From assembly GCA_964513525.1 (NCBI GenBank), contig CAZEOC010000001.1, positions 1,048-35,504 on the forward strand: DNA of 34,457 nt. Reading direction: 5' to 3'. Both the position numbers and the translations under genes were made by a program. The DNA is from an uncultured Saprospiraceae bacterium (GTDB lineage Bacteria; Bacteroidota; Bacteroidia; Chitinophagales; Saprospiraceae). This document shows, in pieces, positions 14,911 through 24,649 of this stretch (the stretch's first letter is position 1; every line of letters begins with the position of its first letter). The notes beneath the pieces are model-generated. The model did not search any database. It was not told where the DNA came from and saw nothing but the letters and a program-made list of their open reading frames with translations.

Positions 14911-16848
14911 TTATTTTTTAATAAATCGTTTTGTCGTATTTCCTGTTTTAATAAAGTAAATTCCACTTTGTAAATCACTTACATTTATTGCCGTTATTCT
15001 TGTGTTTTCAATTGATTGAGCTTTTATGAAATTTCCTAATACATTATAAATTTGAACTTCAAATGTATGAGTATTTGAAAAGAAATGGAGTTTTAATGTC
15101 TCCTCTACTGGATTCGGATAAATCTGAAAATCAGAAGCTAATTTTGTTTGTTCACAATTGATGGTGATAATATTTGAATACGTAAATTTCCCATCAAAAT
15201 CGACTTGTTTTAATCGGTAAAAACCTTGTTTTGAAAAATCATGAAGAGTATTCAAAAAGTGATAATTCTGGGCTTCGATGGTTGTGCCTTTTCCTTTTAA
15301 TTGACCAATTTTATTGAAATCAAATCCATCGTTTGAATATTCGATTTCAAAATGCGAATTATTTTGTTCAGAAATGGTTTTCCAATTTAATTCTACGCTT
15401 CCATTAGCTAAGCAAGTTGTATTAAAATCTGTCAATTCAATTGGCAAAACATTATTACAATTACTGCTACAATTAACGGTTGGATTGTAAGATTGATTGT
15501 TTTTATCAAATCGATATACTCGAATTGCTGGGGCAATTCCATTTGTGAAATCACAAAATCTATATCCATAATAATACAAACCTCGAGCAACTTCTTCATA
15601 ATTTATTTCCTTACAAACGCCATTGTAAACTTCTTGACAACTACCAGTTCGGGTATTTCCGACAGTATCCACAAAACCTAAATTATCAACTCTATTTGCT
15701 TCCCAAATTGTGTTTTTTCGTAAAATGCAATCTAAGTTTGGATAAGGAAAACGCAAGGTATAATAATTCAATTCAAAAATTGACGTACCTTGATAACTCG
15801 TATCATAACCGCCTTTTTCGCAGAAAATACTATCTTTCATAATCTCTAAACCTTGTGCAATAAAGGTTCGAGAAATTGGTAAATAAGTCGTCGTATCATC
15901 AATTAATAAACCTGTCAAAGCAATTGCATTAGCATCGATAAAAAGTCGATTTGCGGCTTGTTTATCATATTGATTAAATAATAAATCTAACTCTACTGGA
16001 TTCGTAATGTAAGCTAAAGCATTTTGAATAAAGGGCAGATATTTCGTTAAACTATCTTGATAAGTTGCCAAATAAGGCGATTCTTTCAAGAGTAAAAGCG
16101 AATGACTACATTCATGTAACCAAAAAGCAGCATCTGATGAATTATCACCAAATCCACCATCAGCTTGTTGTTGCTCAAAAGTAACTCGAATCGTTTGCCA
16201 AGCATCTTCCATCATATCGGTATCATTATGAATCAAACCGCCTAACATTCTACGAACGCCGCCTCGCTGAAATTCTGCACCTTGCCAACCAGATTGATTT
16301 GTACCAATCATTCCATTTGCATCGGGTTCGCCTCCTGAACTTACATAATCAAAAAAATCCGTCGGCATATTTGATAAAAGCGCATATTCGTCATTTTCAC
16401 AAGCGGAAATACCACAATTATTATCAATCGGCGTATAAGTATTCAAAATTTGATATGCCATTGTTGATGGAGTTCCTGTTCCAACACAATTAAAACGCAT
16501 CATTAAGACTCGAAATGTTCCACTCGAAGTTGCTGTCCAAACCAAACGAGAAGAACGGTCGCAATAATCATCATCAAAAGCTAAGGCATTTCCACTATTA
16601 TCTAAAATCGTAATTTTAGTATCAAAAGCAGTCAAACCGCCATCGTCAGGATGCGTTGAAAAAAGAAATATTTGTCCTGCGGTTGCTGTAAATGTATAAT
16701 ATCGACCGCCTTTGATAGCAATTGTATTGACAGAACTACTCGGAACAGGAGATAAAACTCCTTCATCTGAACCGCCTGTACATTGTGCAATCAGTTGAAT
16801 AGTGCTTAAAAAGGATAAGCTTAAAAACAAAAGTAGGATGCGTTTCAT
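14911..16848 (-). CDS. T9SS-secreted protein: PPC-like N-domain, helical central domain of unknown function, Fn3-like domain, T9SS C-terminal sorting domain
   Basis: Signal peptide MKRILLLFLSLSFLSTIQLIAQ. YYTFTATAGQIF...FDDDYCDRSSRLVWTATSSGTFRV resembles the pre-peptidase C-terminal domain. The C-terminus LPIELTDF...YRLKQVDFDGKFTYSN...IYPNPVEETLKLHF...GIYFIK is a type-A T9SS sorting signal. Confidence 0.8.
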   Translation of the reverse strand: MKRILLLFLSLSFLSTIQLIAQCTGGSDEGVLSPVPSSSVNTIAIKGGRYYTFTATAGQIFLFSTHPDDGGLTAFDTKITILDNSGNALAFDDDYCDRSSRLVWTATSSGTFRVLMMRFNCVGTGTPSTMAYQILNTYTPIDNNCGISACENDEYALLSNMPTDFFDYVSSGGEPDANGMIGTNQSGWQGAEFQRGGVRRMLGGLIHNDTDMMEDAWQTIRVTFEQQQADGGFGDNSSDAAFWLHECSHSLLLLKESPYLATYQDSLTKYLPFIQNALAYITNPVELDLLFNQYDKQAANRLFIDANAIALTGLLIDDTTTYLPISRTFIAQGLEIMKDSIFCEKGGYDTSYQGTSIFELNYYTLRFPYPNLDCILRKNTIWEANRVDNLGFVDTVGNTRTGSCQEVYNGVCKEINYEEVARGLYYYGYRFCDFTNGIAPAIRVYRFDKNNQSYNPTVNCSSNCNNVLPIELTDFNTTCLANGSVELNWKTISEQNNSHFEIEYSNDGFDFNKIGQLKGKGTTIEAQNYHFLNTLHDFSKQGFYRLKQVDFDGKFTYSNIITINCEQTKLASDFQIYPNPVEETLKLHFFSNTHTFEVQIYNVLGNFIKAQSIENTRITAINVSDLQSGIYFIKTGNTTKRFIKK

Positions 16849-16887
16849 TTCAGTTATTGAAAATTTTTAGTGGAAAATAAATAAGTT

Positions 16888-19800
16888 TTACCTGATGATT
16901 ATTCGTTCTATTGATTCTCCAATCTTTAAAAAATAAATACCTGAGTTTAGTTTTAAATTCAATTCAATATCTTTTTTATTTTCAATAGTATCTTCAAATA
17001 CGATTCTTCCTAAGACATCATAAATTAAAATTGAATTAGTAACGGCTTTATCAAACTGTAAGACAATTTGTCCATTTGTTGGATTTGGAAATACAGTAAA
17101 TCCATGCTTTTTAACAAAGCAATCTATTGAAATTACATTAGAATATTCAAAACTTCCGTCAAAATCAACTTGCTTTAAACGATAATAAACCGTTTCGGAA
17201 TATTCATTTTTATCTTGAAAAATATAATTTGAAATGGTAGGATTTATTCCTTTTCCTTTGACGAATTCAATTTCTTTCCATTCGATTATTCCTAATTCGT
17301 CATTTGTAATTCCTACTTCTACAAAAAAACCGTGATTATTTTTTTCAGTAGCCGTTTGCCAATTCAAAAAAATTCGTTCATTTTCGCATGTCGCTTGAAA
17401 ATTTATTAATTCAACAGGTAAAGGATTTGTGACGGTAATACCATTTGCTGTGAAGCTATCAAAAGTCAAAAAGTTCCCATAAGTACTTCGAGGACTTTCA
17501 CAAATGAAACCAACTGCTGTAATATTGGTGAAATCCACTGCTTGAAACGTTGGTAAAATATTCGGAATAGAAAAATCATTCGCTGTTGGTGTAATAATTC
17601 CCCAACGTTTTCCTACTGTTGAGTTATTATTAAAATCATTAAGTGTAATTAAACCAACCATGTTTTCTGAAAATTCAGACATATAATAAACGCCATTCTG
17701 TCTAATTACAAAACGCATATCTAAATTTTCTCGCTTTCCTGTAACATTAATATTCAAAGAACTATTTGATGAATTATTATCAAAACCAATATCAAATAAA
17801 TGCAAATTATTTAAAAACTGGTCTTTTCGCCACAAGTAAAACAGTTCAATATTTGTTGCTTCTCCATCACCTCCAGCCACTTGACACCAAAATTGGTTCG
17901 CCGAAAATCCAACATCGTTTCTCCGCATTTCGTGATTGATAGAAGTGCCTATATTAGTAAAAGAATATTTCACGCCACCATATATCTCAACTTGATTATA
18001 ATTAGGTGCCGTAAATAAATTATCGCTATCAGCTGTTCCAAAACTAATTGATTGTGATAAACTATTTGCGGATAATTGAGGACTTCTATTAATGGAGAAA
18101 TCTGTATCAGGTACATCAATACCTTGAAAATTTATCAGTTGACCAGAAGTCGGTATATTATAAACAAACTCAACTTGATTATCTGTACTACTTGCTACTT
18201 CATTACCTTGACTATATAGTGGTGTTATTGCTTTATCCGCAGCTAATTCGACAATTACCAAACCATCAGCAGACATTCCACTAACAGAAATTTGAAAAGT
18301 TGTCCCATCATTCGGTGTAATCTCTGTAATTATAACAGTTGTAGGATTAGCTGATCCACTTAATGTAATATCATTAGCATCAAAATTTATAATTGATTCA
18401 CTAAAAACAGCAGTAAATAGAATAGGCGTATTTAAAGTCGGATCAACTTGTGTTGTTGCTTGATTTAAAGTCACCGTTGGACGATTTGCACCATTAAAAG
18501 CAACAATATTGTCGGTCGATGTTGAATGATAATTAGTATGATTGGTACTATTATGTGCCGTTAAACTATCAATGTTTAAGATGACAAAACCATTTTGTGC
18601 CAAGTCCGTAATACTGATTTCATAAGTTGTTCCATCGTTGGGTGCGAGTGATGTAATAGTTGCCGTTGTTCCATTGTCTGTTGCTGTTCCAGAAATTGTT
18701 ATATCATTTGCAGTAAAATCACTGGTTGGTTCGCTAAAAGTAGCTTTATATATGATAGGTTCTATTGCTGTTACATCAGCTTGTGTTATTGCTTGATTAA
18801 GCGTTACTGTGAATTCAGAATTTGATTTAGTGAAGACTTGAAACTGATCAAATGAAAAAGTTGCACCATAACCAGTTCTATAATTATCTACTACAAAACC
18901 AACGGCTTCTACATCATCAAATGTCATTGCAAAAGGACTTGACAATGGAGTGGGAATAGAAAAATTAATTGCTGTCGGATTATAATGATACCAACGTTTG
19001 GCAGGTTGTTCTGAATTATTGAATGCATCTAATTCATAAAAACCATTGTTATACGCCATAAAATCCGAAATGTAATAATTCCCATTTTGTTTAATAACAA
19101 ATCGAAAGTCTGAACCTGCACCGCTATTTTTATTGGTTCCAATATTAATGGCTAATTTCCCAATATTGACATTTGTAGCTACATCATAATTATTTAAAAA
19201 TTGATCTTTCTTCCATAAAAATAATAGTTCTAAATCTGCTTCATCTGTACCTCCAGTGTGTAAATCTGCAATAAATATATCCTGTGGACCATAATTACTC
19301 AAATTGTAAGTATAACTACCAACAACTTGATTCTTGTAATCCAGCTTAACACCACCATAAAACTCTGATTGATTTTGCCCAGTTGTAAACAAATTATCAC
19401 CATTTGCTACACTAAAAGGAATCAAAATATCATTGGTATTTAAGGTGAAATTTCGATTCTGTGTTACTGTTAGCGCAGGTAAATCATCACCATCAAAATT
19501 GATTAATGTGTCGCCTATTGCAGGTACTGCGGTTGTAGCAGTTGAAAGCCACCATGCAGGCGAATTTGCCGCCGTAAACTCCTGTGTAGCCGCATATTTT
19601 GGTGTTGTCCAATAATCTTGATTATAATTTTCTAAAATCCCCCAACTTCCCCATTTAGAGGGAACACCCATTGAAGAAAAAACAGCAAATAGTTCACCGC
19701 CTGCTATTTTCCATCGTTCATAATACTCTTGATATAATACTTTCATTTTATCTGAGCGATTAGCAGCAATGAGCTTAGCCGTCAAAGCATCATTGTTTTC

Positions 19801-21093
19801 TGCACCTAAATATCCCGATAAATGTTGTCCCCCTTCATAAGCAATCAGTGAAACACCACGACTTTTAGTTATTTCCGCTTGTAATCTGCAACCTTCCATT
19901 ACATCAGATAAAGCATCTTCACACCAAATTAAAATAGAATCAACTGACATATTTGCTATGCTATCTGCAGTAGTAGGATCGCCTAAAAAATTACCAAAAT
20001 AAGGAGCAATAGAAAAGGCATCCGTAGATTGATATGTGTTGTTATAATCTAAAATTTGCTGGCTCCACGAAGTATTAAAATTTTGCCATGCTATGACTCT
20101 TTCTAATTGAGATAAACCACCAAAAACAGTTTCGAAAATATTGAAAATTTCTACCGAACGTTTTGCATGAAAATAGGCTTGTGCCTCATAACTGTTTGTA
20201 CTTAAGTTTTGTGCTAAACCTTGTGCAGAAGCATAGGGTGCTTGCGCAAATAAACCATTCCAAACCTCGTTGGAATATTCGACATAAATATCTAAATTAC
20301 TATCGAGGTTATCTCTGAATAAGGTTGCTAACTGGGTTATATAATTATCATCCGCTTGATGCGGAATACAAATCCAAACATTTTTTTGTAGTAGATTTGC
20401 CAAAGCGATCATATATTCTGGGGCAACACCATTGATGCCGCCTTGCGTTTGTGAAGTCGTTAGGGTTCGATCTGTCCAAGTTTGTACATTACTATTATTC
20501 GTTCTGCCCCAATCCATAAAACGAAGGGTAGAAAAATCTGTCCAAGTATTTAAGAAGTTAGGATGAAAAGGTTCGGTTTGATAAGTGTTTTCAAAGCCAG
20601 GCATTATTAATCGAATATTTTTCAAGTAATCGCCTGTACCATTTGGATCCGTTTCCCAAATGTGCACCCAAATACCACTTGTCCCATCGGCTACTTCCAA
20701 TTGAATATGTCCAGGCGCAACATGTATTGTATCCGTTACATCACCATTAAAATCAAAACTTCCTTCGCCTTCATAATATAAATTATAAGTCCCAATAGGT
20801 TTTGTTGTTACATTATCCAACATAACAGTTGCGGCAAAATGATTAGCAGGCAAACTCGTTACCCAACCTAAATTATCTGTAGGTAAAGGATTTCCTGTTC
20901 CAAATGTGCAACCAACACATTGCGAAATCCATCCTCTGGAACATTTCATCGCATCTACAAAAACATATTCTTCGCTCCATGAAGTAATTCCAGCGAGGTT
21001 GATACCTAAAGGTGTATTTTGATTATTTTGTGCTTCTGTATTAAAGAATATTAGAAAAAATATTATCGTAAAACTTAGTTTTTTAAACATCAT
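16888..21093 (-). CDS. Giant T9SS-secreted protein: GH-A-like (beta/alpha)8 domain, two copies of an unknown ~230-aa module, two Ig-like domains, Fn3-like domain and T9SS CTD
   Basis: Signal peptide MMFKKLSFTIIFFLIFFNTEAQ. LRFMDWGRTNN...IYVEYSNEVWN...LIAYEGGQH resembles clan GH-A acid/base (NE) and nucleophile (E) strands; this is inference. The repeated module spans ~19512-18825 and ~18140-17445, and the Ig-like pair ~18820-18145. The C-terminal FPNPTNGQIVLQF...GIYFLKI is the T9SS CTD. Confidence 0.8.
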   Translation of the reverse strand: MMFKKLSFTIIFFLIFFNTEAQNNQNTPLGINLAGITSWSEEYVFVDAMKCSRGWISQCVGCTFGTGNPLPTDNLGWVTSLPANHFAATVMLDNVTTKPIGTYNLYYEGEGSFDFNGDVTDTIHVAPGHIQLEVADGTSGIWVHIWETDPNGTGDYLKNIRLIMPGFENTYQTEPFHPNFLNTWTDFSTLRFMDWGRTNNSNVQTWTDRTLTTSQTQGGINGVAPEYMIALANLLQKNVWICIPHQADDNYITQLATLFRDNLDSNLDIYVEYSNEVWNGLFAQAPYASAQGLAQNLSTNSYEAQAYFHAKRSVEIFNIFETVFGGLSQLERVIAWQNFNTSWSQQILDYNNTYQSTDAFSIAPYFGNFLGDPTTADSIANMSVDSILIWCEDALSDVMEGCRLQAEITKSRGVSLIAYEGGQHLSGYLGAENNDALTAKLIAANRSDKMKVLYQEYYERWKIAGGELFAVFSSMGVPSKWGSWGILENYNQDYWTTPKYAATQEFTAANSPAWWLSTATTAVPAIGDTLINFDGDDLPALTVTQNRNFTLNTNDILIPFSVANGDNLFTTGQNQSEFYGGVKLDYKNQVVGSYTYNLSNYGPQDIFIADLHTGGTDEADLELLFLWKKDQFLNNYDVATNVNIGKLAINIGTNKNSGAGSDFRFVIKQNGNYYISDFMAYNNGFYELDAFNNSEQPAKRWYHYNPTAINFSIPTPLSSPFAMTFDDVEAVGFVVDNYRTGYGATFSFDQFQVFTKSNSEFTVTLNQAITQADVTAIEPIIYKATFSEPTSDFTANDITISGTATDNGTTATITSLAPNDGTTYEISITDLAQNGFVILNIDSLTAHNSTNHTNYHSTSTDNIVAFNGANRPTVTLNQATTQVDPTLNTPILFTAVFSESIINFDANDITLSGSANPTTVIITEITPNDGTTFQISVSGMSADGLVIVELAADKAITPLYSQGNEVASSTDNQVEFVYNIPTSGQLINFQGIDVPDTDFSINRSPQLSANSLSQSISFGTADSDNLFTAPNYNQVEIYGGVKYSFTNIGTSINHEMRRNDVGFSANQFWCQVAGGDGEATNIELFYLWRKDQFLNNLHLFDIGFDNNSSNSSLNINVTGKRENLDMRFVIRQNGVYYMSEFSENMVGLITLNDFNNNSTVGKRWGIITPTANDFSIPNILPTFQAVDFTNITAVGFICESPRSTYGNFLTFDSFTANGITVTNPLPVELINFQATCENERIFLNWQTATEKNNHGFFVEVGITNDELGIIEWKEIEFVKGKGINPTISNYIFQDKNEYSETVYYRLKQVDFDGSFEYSNVISIDCFVKKHGFTVFPNPTNGQIVLQFDKAVTNSILIYDVLGRIVFEDTIENKKDIELNLKLNSGIYFLKIGESIERIIIR

Positions 21094-21136
21094 TGCTTTT
21101 ATTAATCAGAGGTGAAAGTCTTGTAAACTATTTGTT

Positions 21137-24100
21137 TTATTGTATTAAAATGCGTTCCATCTTATTATTAATTTTTATAAAATAAACACCATTATTTAAT
21201 TTCAAATCTAATTGTATTTCCTTTTTATTGTCAATAAAATCTTCAAACACGATACGTCCTAAGGCATCGATAATTAGAATTGAATTAGAAACAGTCTTAT
21301 CAAACTGTAAGGTGATTTGTCCGTTTGTTGGATTTGGGAATATTGTAAATCGATGCTTTTTATCAAAGCAATTTGCTGAAATCGTATTAGAATATTCAAA
21401 ATTTTCATTAAAATCAACTTGCTTTAAACGATAATAAACTGTTTCGGAATATTCATTTTTATCTTGAAAAAGATAATTTGAAATGGTATAAGTAGTTCCT
21501 TTTCCTGATATAATTTCAAATTCATTCCATTCAATGGTTTTCAATTCATTATTCATAATACCTAATTCGACAACAAAATGTGAATTATTAAATTCAGCAG
21601 TTGTTTGCCATATCAATTCTATATTTCCATTATTACAAATTGCTTGAAACTTCGTTAATTCTACTGGTAAAACTGCTTGATTGAATTCATAAGCGCCGAT
21701 ATCAAAACTATTATGAAATGGTCGAGCTGTACCAATAAAATCGGAAGTAATTCCATAGACAGTTAAGTCTTGTCCAGCGTCAATTGTTGGGGAATTTGAT
21801 TGTAATGAAAAGTCGTTATTTGTTGTATCTGTGAAATGTACAGGTAATGCCCAACGATTAAAATAATTATTTTGTATCGTTCCATTTACACCCGAAGCTA
21901 ATCGAATGAAAGCATCTTGTCCTGTTAGATAAGTCGCATCATTTTCATAGGTTTCATAAGATTGTGGCTTAATGATTAGGTTATTAATAAATATATTTTC
22001 AAGCGTTTCATCACTGTAGATTCGCATTCCATCATCACCTGGATTATAAATCGTATTATTAAAATAATAGAAACGAGTATTGGCTAAAGTTGCCCGATCA
22101 TCTGCAAAAATTCCGATACCATCTACATTTGAAATTACATTATTGTAAATCTTATTGTTACCGCTACCAAAGAGATTTATTCCGGAGCCTTTTCCTTTTA
22201 GAATGTAATTATTATAACAATCTCCCGAAGTACCTGCACCAATTACTAAACCTACATTTTGATAAATCTCTTCCTCTATTGCAAAATTGGTAATCTGATT
22301 ATTATAGATTTTACAATCTTCAACTGCACAACCAACTTGTATTCCGTCCCAACCTGTGCTATCAATAATATTATTATAAATTTCGATATGCTTAATATCG
22401 TGTGGATAAAGTGTTGTTGATTGACCGCTACAATAAGTATTGTAACCAGTGTAGTAAGTATGTCCAATATATAAACCTTCTCCACCTGTATGATGAATAT
22501 AATTATCGTGGATTTTGACGTTTTGCATCAAGAAACTATCTCTATTTGTGGATAAATCACAGACAGGATCGGATTTACACATAATTCCTGCAAAATCCGT
22601 ATTGGTTATTTCAATTTTTTCAATTTCAAAATCAGTTGTTTTATTGGTTAATACCAATCCACTATTTGAGAGTGTTCCGTCTAATTTGATTCCATAATTA
22701 ATATTAACATCGCCTGTGCCTGTTAACTTGAAATATTTAGAATTTTCAAATTGAATATCGAATTTATAGAAATTATTTCCGATAACGGCTTGACCGCCAC
22801 AATTGATAAAGGTGATATAATTTAAAGAATCGCCTACAAAGTTTTCTAATCTCAAATATGGTCGTTTACCTCCTTCGATGCATACTGTATCACCACCTTG
22901 TACACCCAATGTACTTCCGTCTGCTCGAACTATTTGATTCCCCAAAGTAAAATGACAGCCACAATCTAATACTGCACAAGGAGAACAATCTCCACCGCAA
23001 TCAATTCGTGTTTCGTTGCCATTCTGAATACCATCGAAACAAGTTTCACAAGTTCCATCATCTATAGTTGCTGTCGAGGTATAATTATATGCTGCTAAAT
23101 CTGTACAACCCGCGGCACAAGGAGAACAACTTCCGCCACAATCTATACTTGTTTCATCACCATTTTGAATTCCATCAGAGCAAGTCAAACAAGTTGTACT
23201 AATAGTTGCTTTTGCATTATAATTATGTGCATTTATGAGCATACAACCCATGATATCAGTAGTAGTAGGTGTTTCATAAGCACCAATATCATAAGCAATA
23301 CCATAAGCACGGGCAGAATCTCGAAAATCATTTAAAATGCTAAATTGATCAACATTCAAACCACTATCAATAGCAGGGGAATTTGGTAATAATGAATAAT
23401 CATCATTAGCAATATCGGTGAATTGAATATTGGTTAAACTCGTATCAAAATAATTATTGCTTACTACATAGTCCACCTCATCCCAAGCAAAAATATAAGC
23501 ATCATTACCAACTGCACTTGTATTATCATTTTCATAAATGTCATAAGCACCAGGGTTAACGATTATATTATTGAATATTTTATTGTCGGTAGAACGAGTA
23601 CTGTAGGTACGAATTCCATCAGTTTTTGGACTTACGATTGTATTATTAATAAAATCAAATCCTTTTCCAGGAATCGTATTATTATCATTACAAAAAATAC
23701 CATAGACTCGTTGATTTGGATCTGTGGGATAATAGTTTTGACCAGCATTAATAATTACATTATTATATAAAATATTACCACCTAAACCAAATACGGCCAT
23801 TCCATTACCCATTCCATCTTTTATAAAGTTATTATAACAAAGTCCAGTTGTACCGCCTCCGATTTGAATACCCGAAGTTTGTCCACCAACTTTTTCTAAA
23901 CCGTAATGCGTAATTTTATTATCATAAATTTCAATATCATTTGTACCGCAGCCAACTTGGATTCCATCCCAACCTGTACTATCAATGATATTATCATAAA
24001 TTCTTAGGTTTTCAATATTATGTGGATTAACCAGAATTGTTTCACCATTGCAAGTGAGTTCTCGACCATTGTAGAAGCTATAGCCTAAATACATTCCTTC

Positions 24101-24649
24101 TCCTTCCGTATGATGAATATAGGTATCGTGAATAGATATATTTTTCATTACAAAATTTTCACGCCAAGTATCGCTATTACAACTTGGATCTGTCTTACAA
24201 AAAATACCTGCAAAATCGCTTCCGCTTATTTCTACCTGCTCTATTTCAAAATCAGAACTTGTACCGCCTATTCCAAAAGCACTACCAGAACCTGTTCCAG
24301 TAAGTTCTATTCCATATTTGATATTAAGATTGCCTGCTCCAGTAAATTTAAAATAGGTACAATTAACTAAGGTTAAACCATAGTAGAAATTATCATTTCC
24401 AATTTCTACTTGTCCACCACAATTCATGAAAACGATTGGATTTCCTTCCGAGCCTGACCAATCTCTAAGTTGCAAATGATTTCGCCAACCATTTCCCAGA
24501 CAAATCGTATCTCCTGCAGTATAGGTATAACTAGAACCATTCGCAAAAGTGACGGTAGAATCTAAAGTCACGGTACAATTGCAGTTTTGTGCAATTGCCG
24601 GTATAGTTGTTAAGAGTATAACAATTAAGTTAATTAATGTATTTCTCAT
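21137..24649 (-). CDS. T9SS-secreted protein with two tandem right-handed beta-helix modules separated by two Cys-rich repeats
   Basis: The ORF is open to 24682, but ATG at 24647-24649 gives MRNTLINLIVILLTTIPAIAQ (signal peptide). Two homologous ~450-aa modules share IHD(T/N)YIHHT(E/G)GEG(M/L)Y(L/I)G...NIIDSTGWDGIQVGC...IYNN repeats (pectate-lyase-fold flavour). The linker carries C(L/E)TC(S/F)DGIQNG(D/N)ET.IDCGG.CSPCA twice. The C-terminal Fn3-like domain and T9SS CTD are nearly identical to those of the 16888-21093 protein. Confidence 0.8.
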   Translation of the reverse strand: MRNTLINLIVILLTTIPAIAQNCNCTVTLDSTVTFANGSSYTYTAGDTICLGNGWRNHLQLRDWSGSEGNPIVFMNCGGQVEIGNDNFYYGLTLVNCTYFKFTGAGNLNIKYGIELTGTGSGSAFGIGGTSSDFEIEQVEISGSDFAGIFCKTDPSCNSDTWRENFVMKNISIHDTYIHHTEGEGMYLGYSFYNGRELTCNGETILVNPHNIENLRIYDNIIDSTGWDGIQVGCGTNDIEIYDNKITHYGLEKVGGQTSGIQIGGGTTGLCYNNFIKDGMGNGMAVFGLGGNILYNNVIINAGQNYYPTDPNQRVYGIFCNDNNTIPGKGFDFINNTIVSPKTDGIRTYSTRSTDNKIFNNIIVNPGAYDIYENDNTSAVGNDAYIFAWDEVDYVVSNNYFDTSLTNIQFTDIANDDYSLLPNSPAIDSGLNVDQFSILNDFRDSARAYGIAYDIGAYETPTTTDIMGCMLINAHNYNAKATISTTCLTCSDGIQNGDETSIDCGGSCSPCAAGCTDLAAYNYTSTATIDDGTCETCFDGIQNGNETRIDCGGDCSPCAVLDCGCHFTLGNQIVRADGSTLGVQGGDTVCIEGGKRPYLRLENFVGDSLNYITFINCGGQAVIGNNFYKFDIQFENSKYFKLTGTGDVNINYGIKLDGTLSNSGLVLTNKTTDFEIEKIEITNTDFAGIMCKSDPVCDLSTNRDSFLMQNVKIHDNYIHHTGGEGLYIGHTYYTGYNTYCSGQSTTLYPHDIKHIEIYNNIIDSTGWDGIQVGCAVEDCKIYNNQITNFAIEEEIYQNVGLVIGAGTSGDCYNNYILKGKGSGINLFGSGNNKIYNNVISNVDGIGIFADDRATLANTRFYYFNNTIYNPGDDGMRIYSDETLENIFINNLIIKPQSYETYENDATYLTGQDAFIRLASGVNGTIQNNYFNRWALPVHFTDTTNNDFSLQSNSPTIDAGQDLTVYGITSDFIGTARPFHNSFDIGAYEFNQAVLPVELTKFQAICNNGNIELIWQTTAEFNNSHFVVELGIMNNELKTIEWNEFEIISGKGTTYTISNYLFQDKNEYSETVYYRLKQVDFNENFEYSNTISANCFDKKHRFTIFPNPTNGQITLQFDKTVSNSILIIDALGRIVFEDFIDNKKEIQLDLKLNNGVYFIKINNKMERILIQ

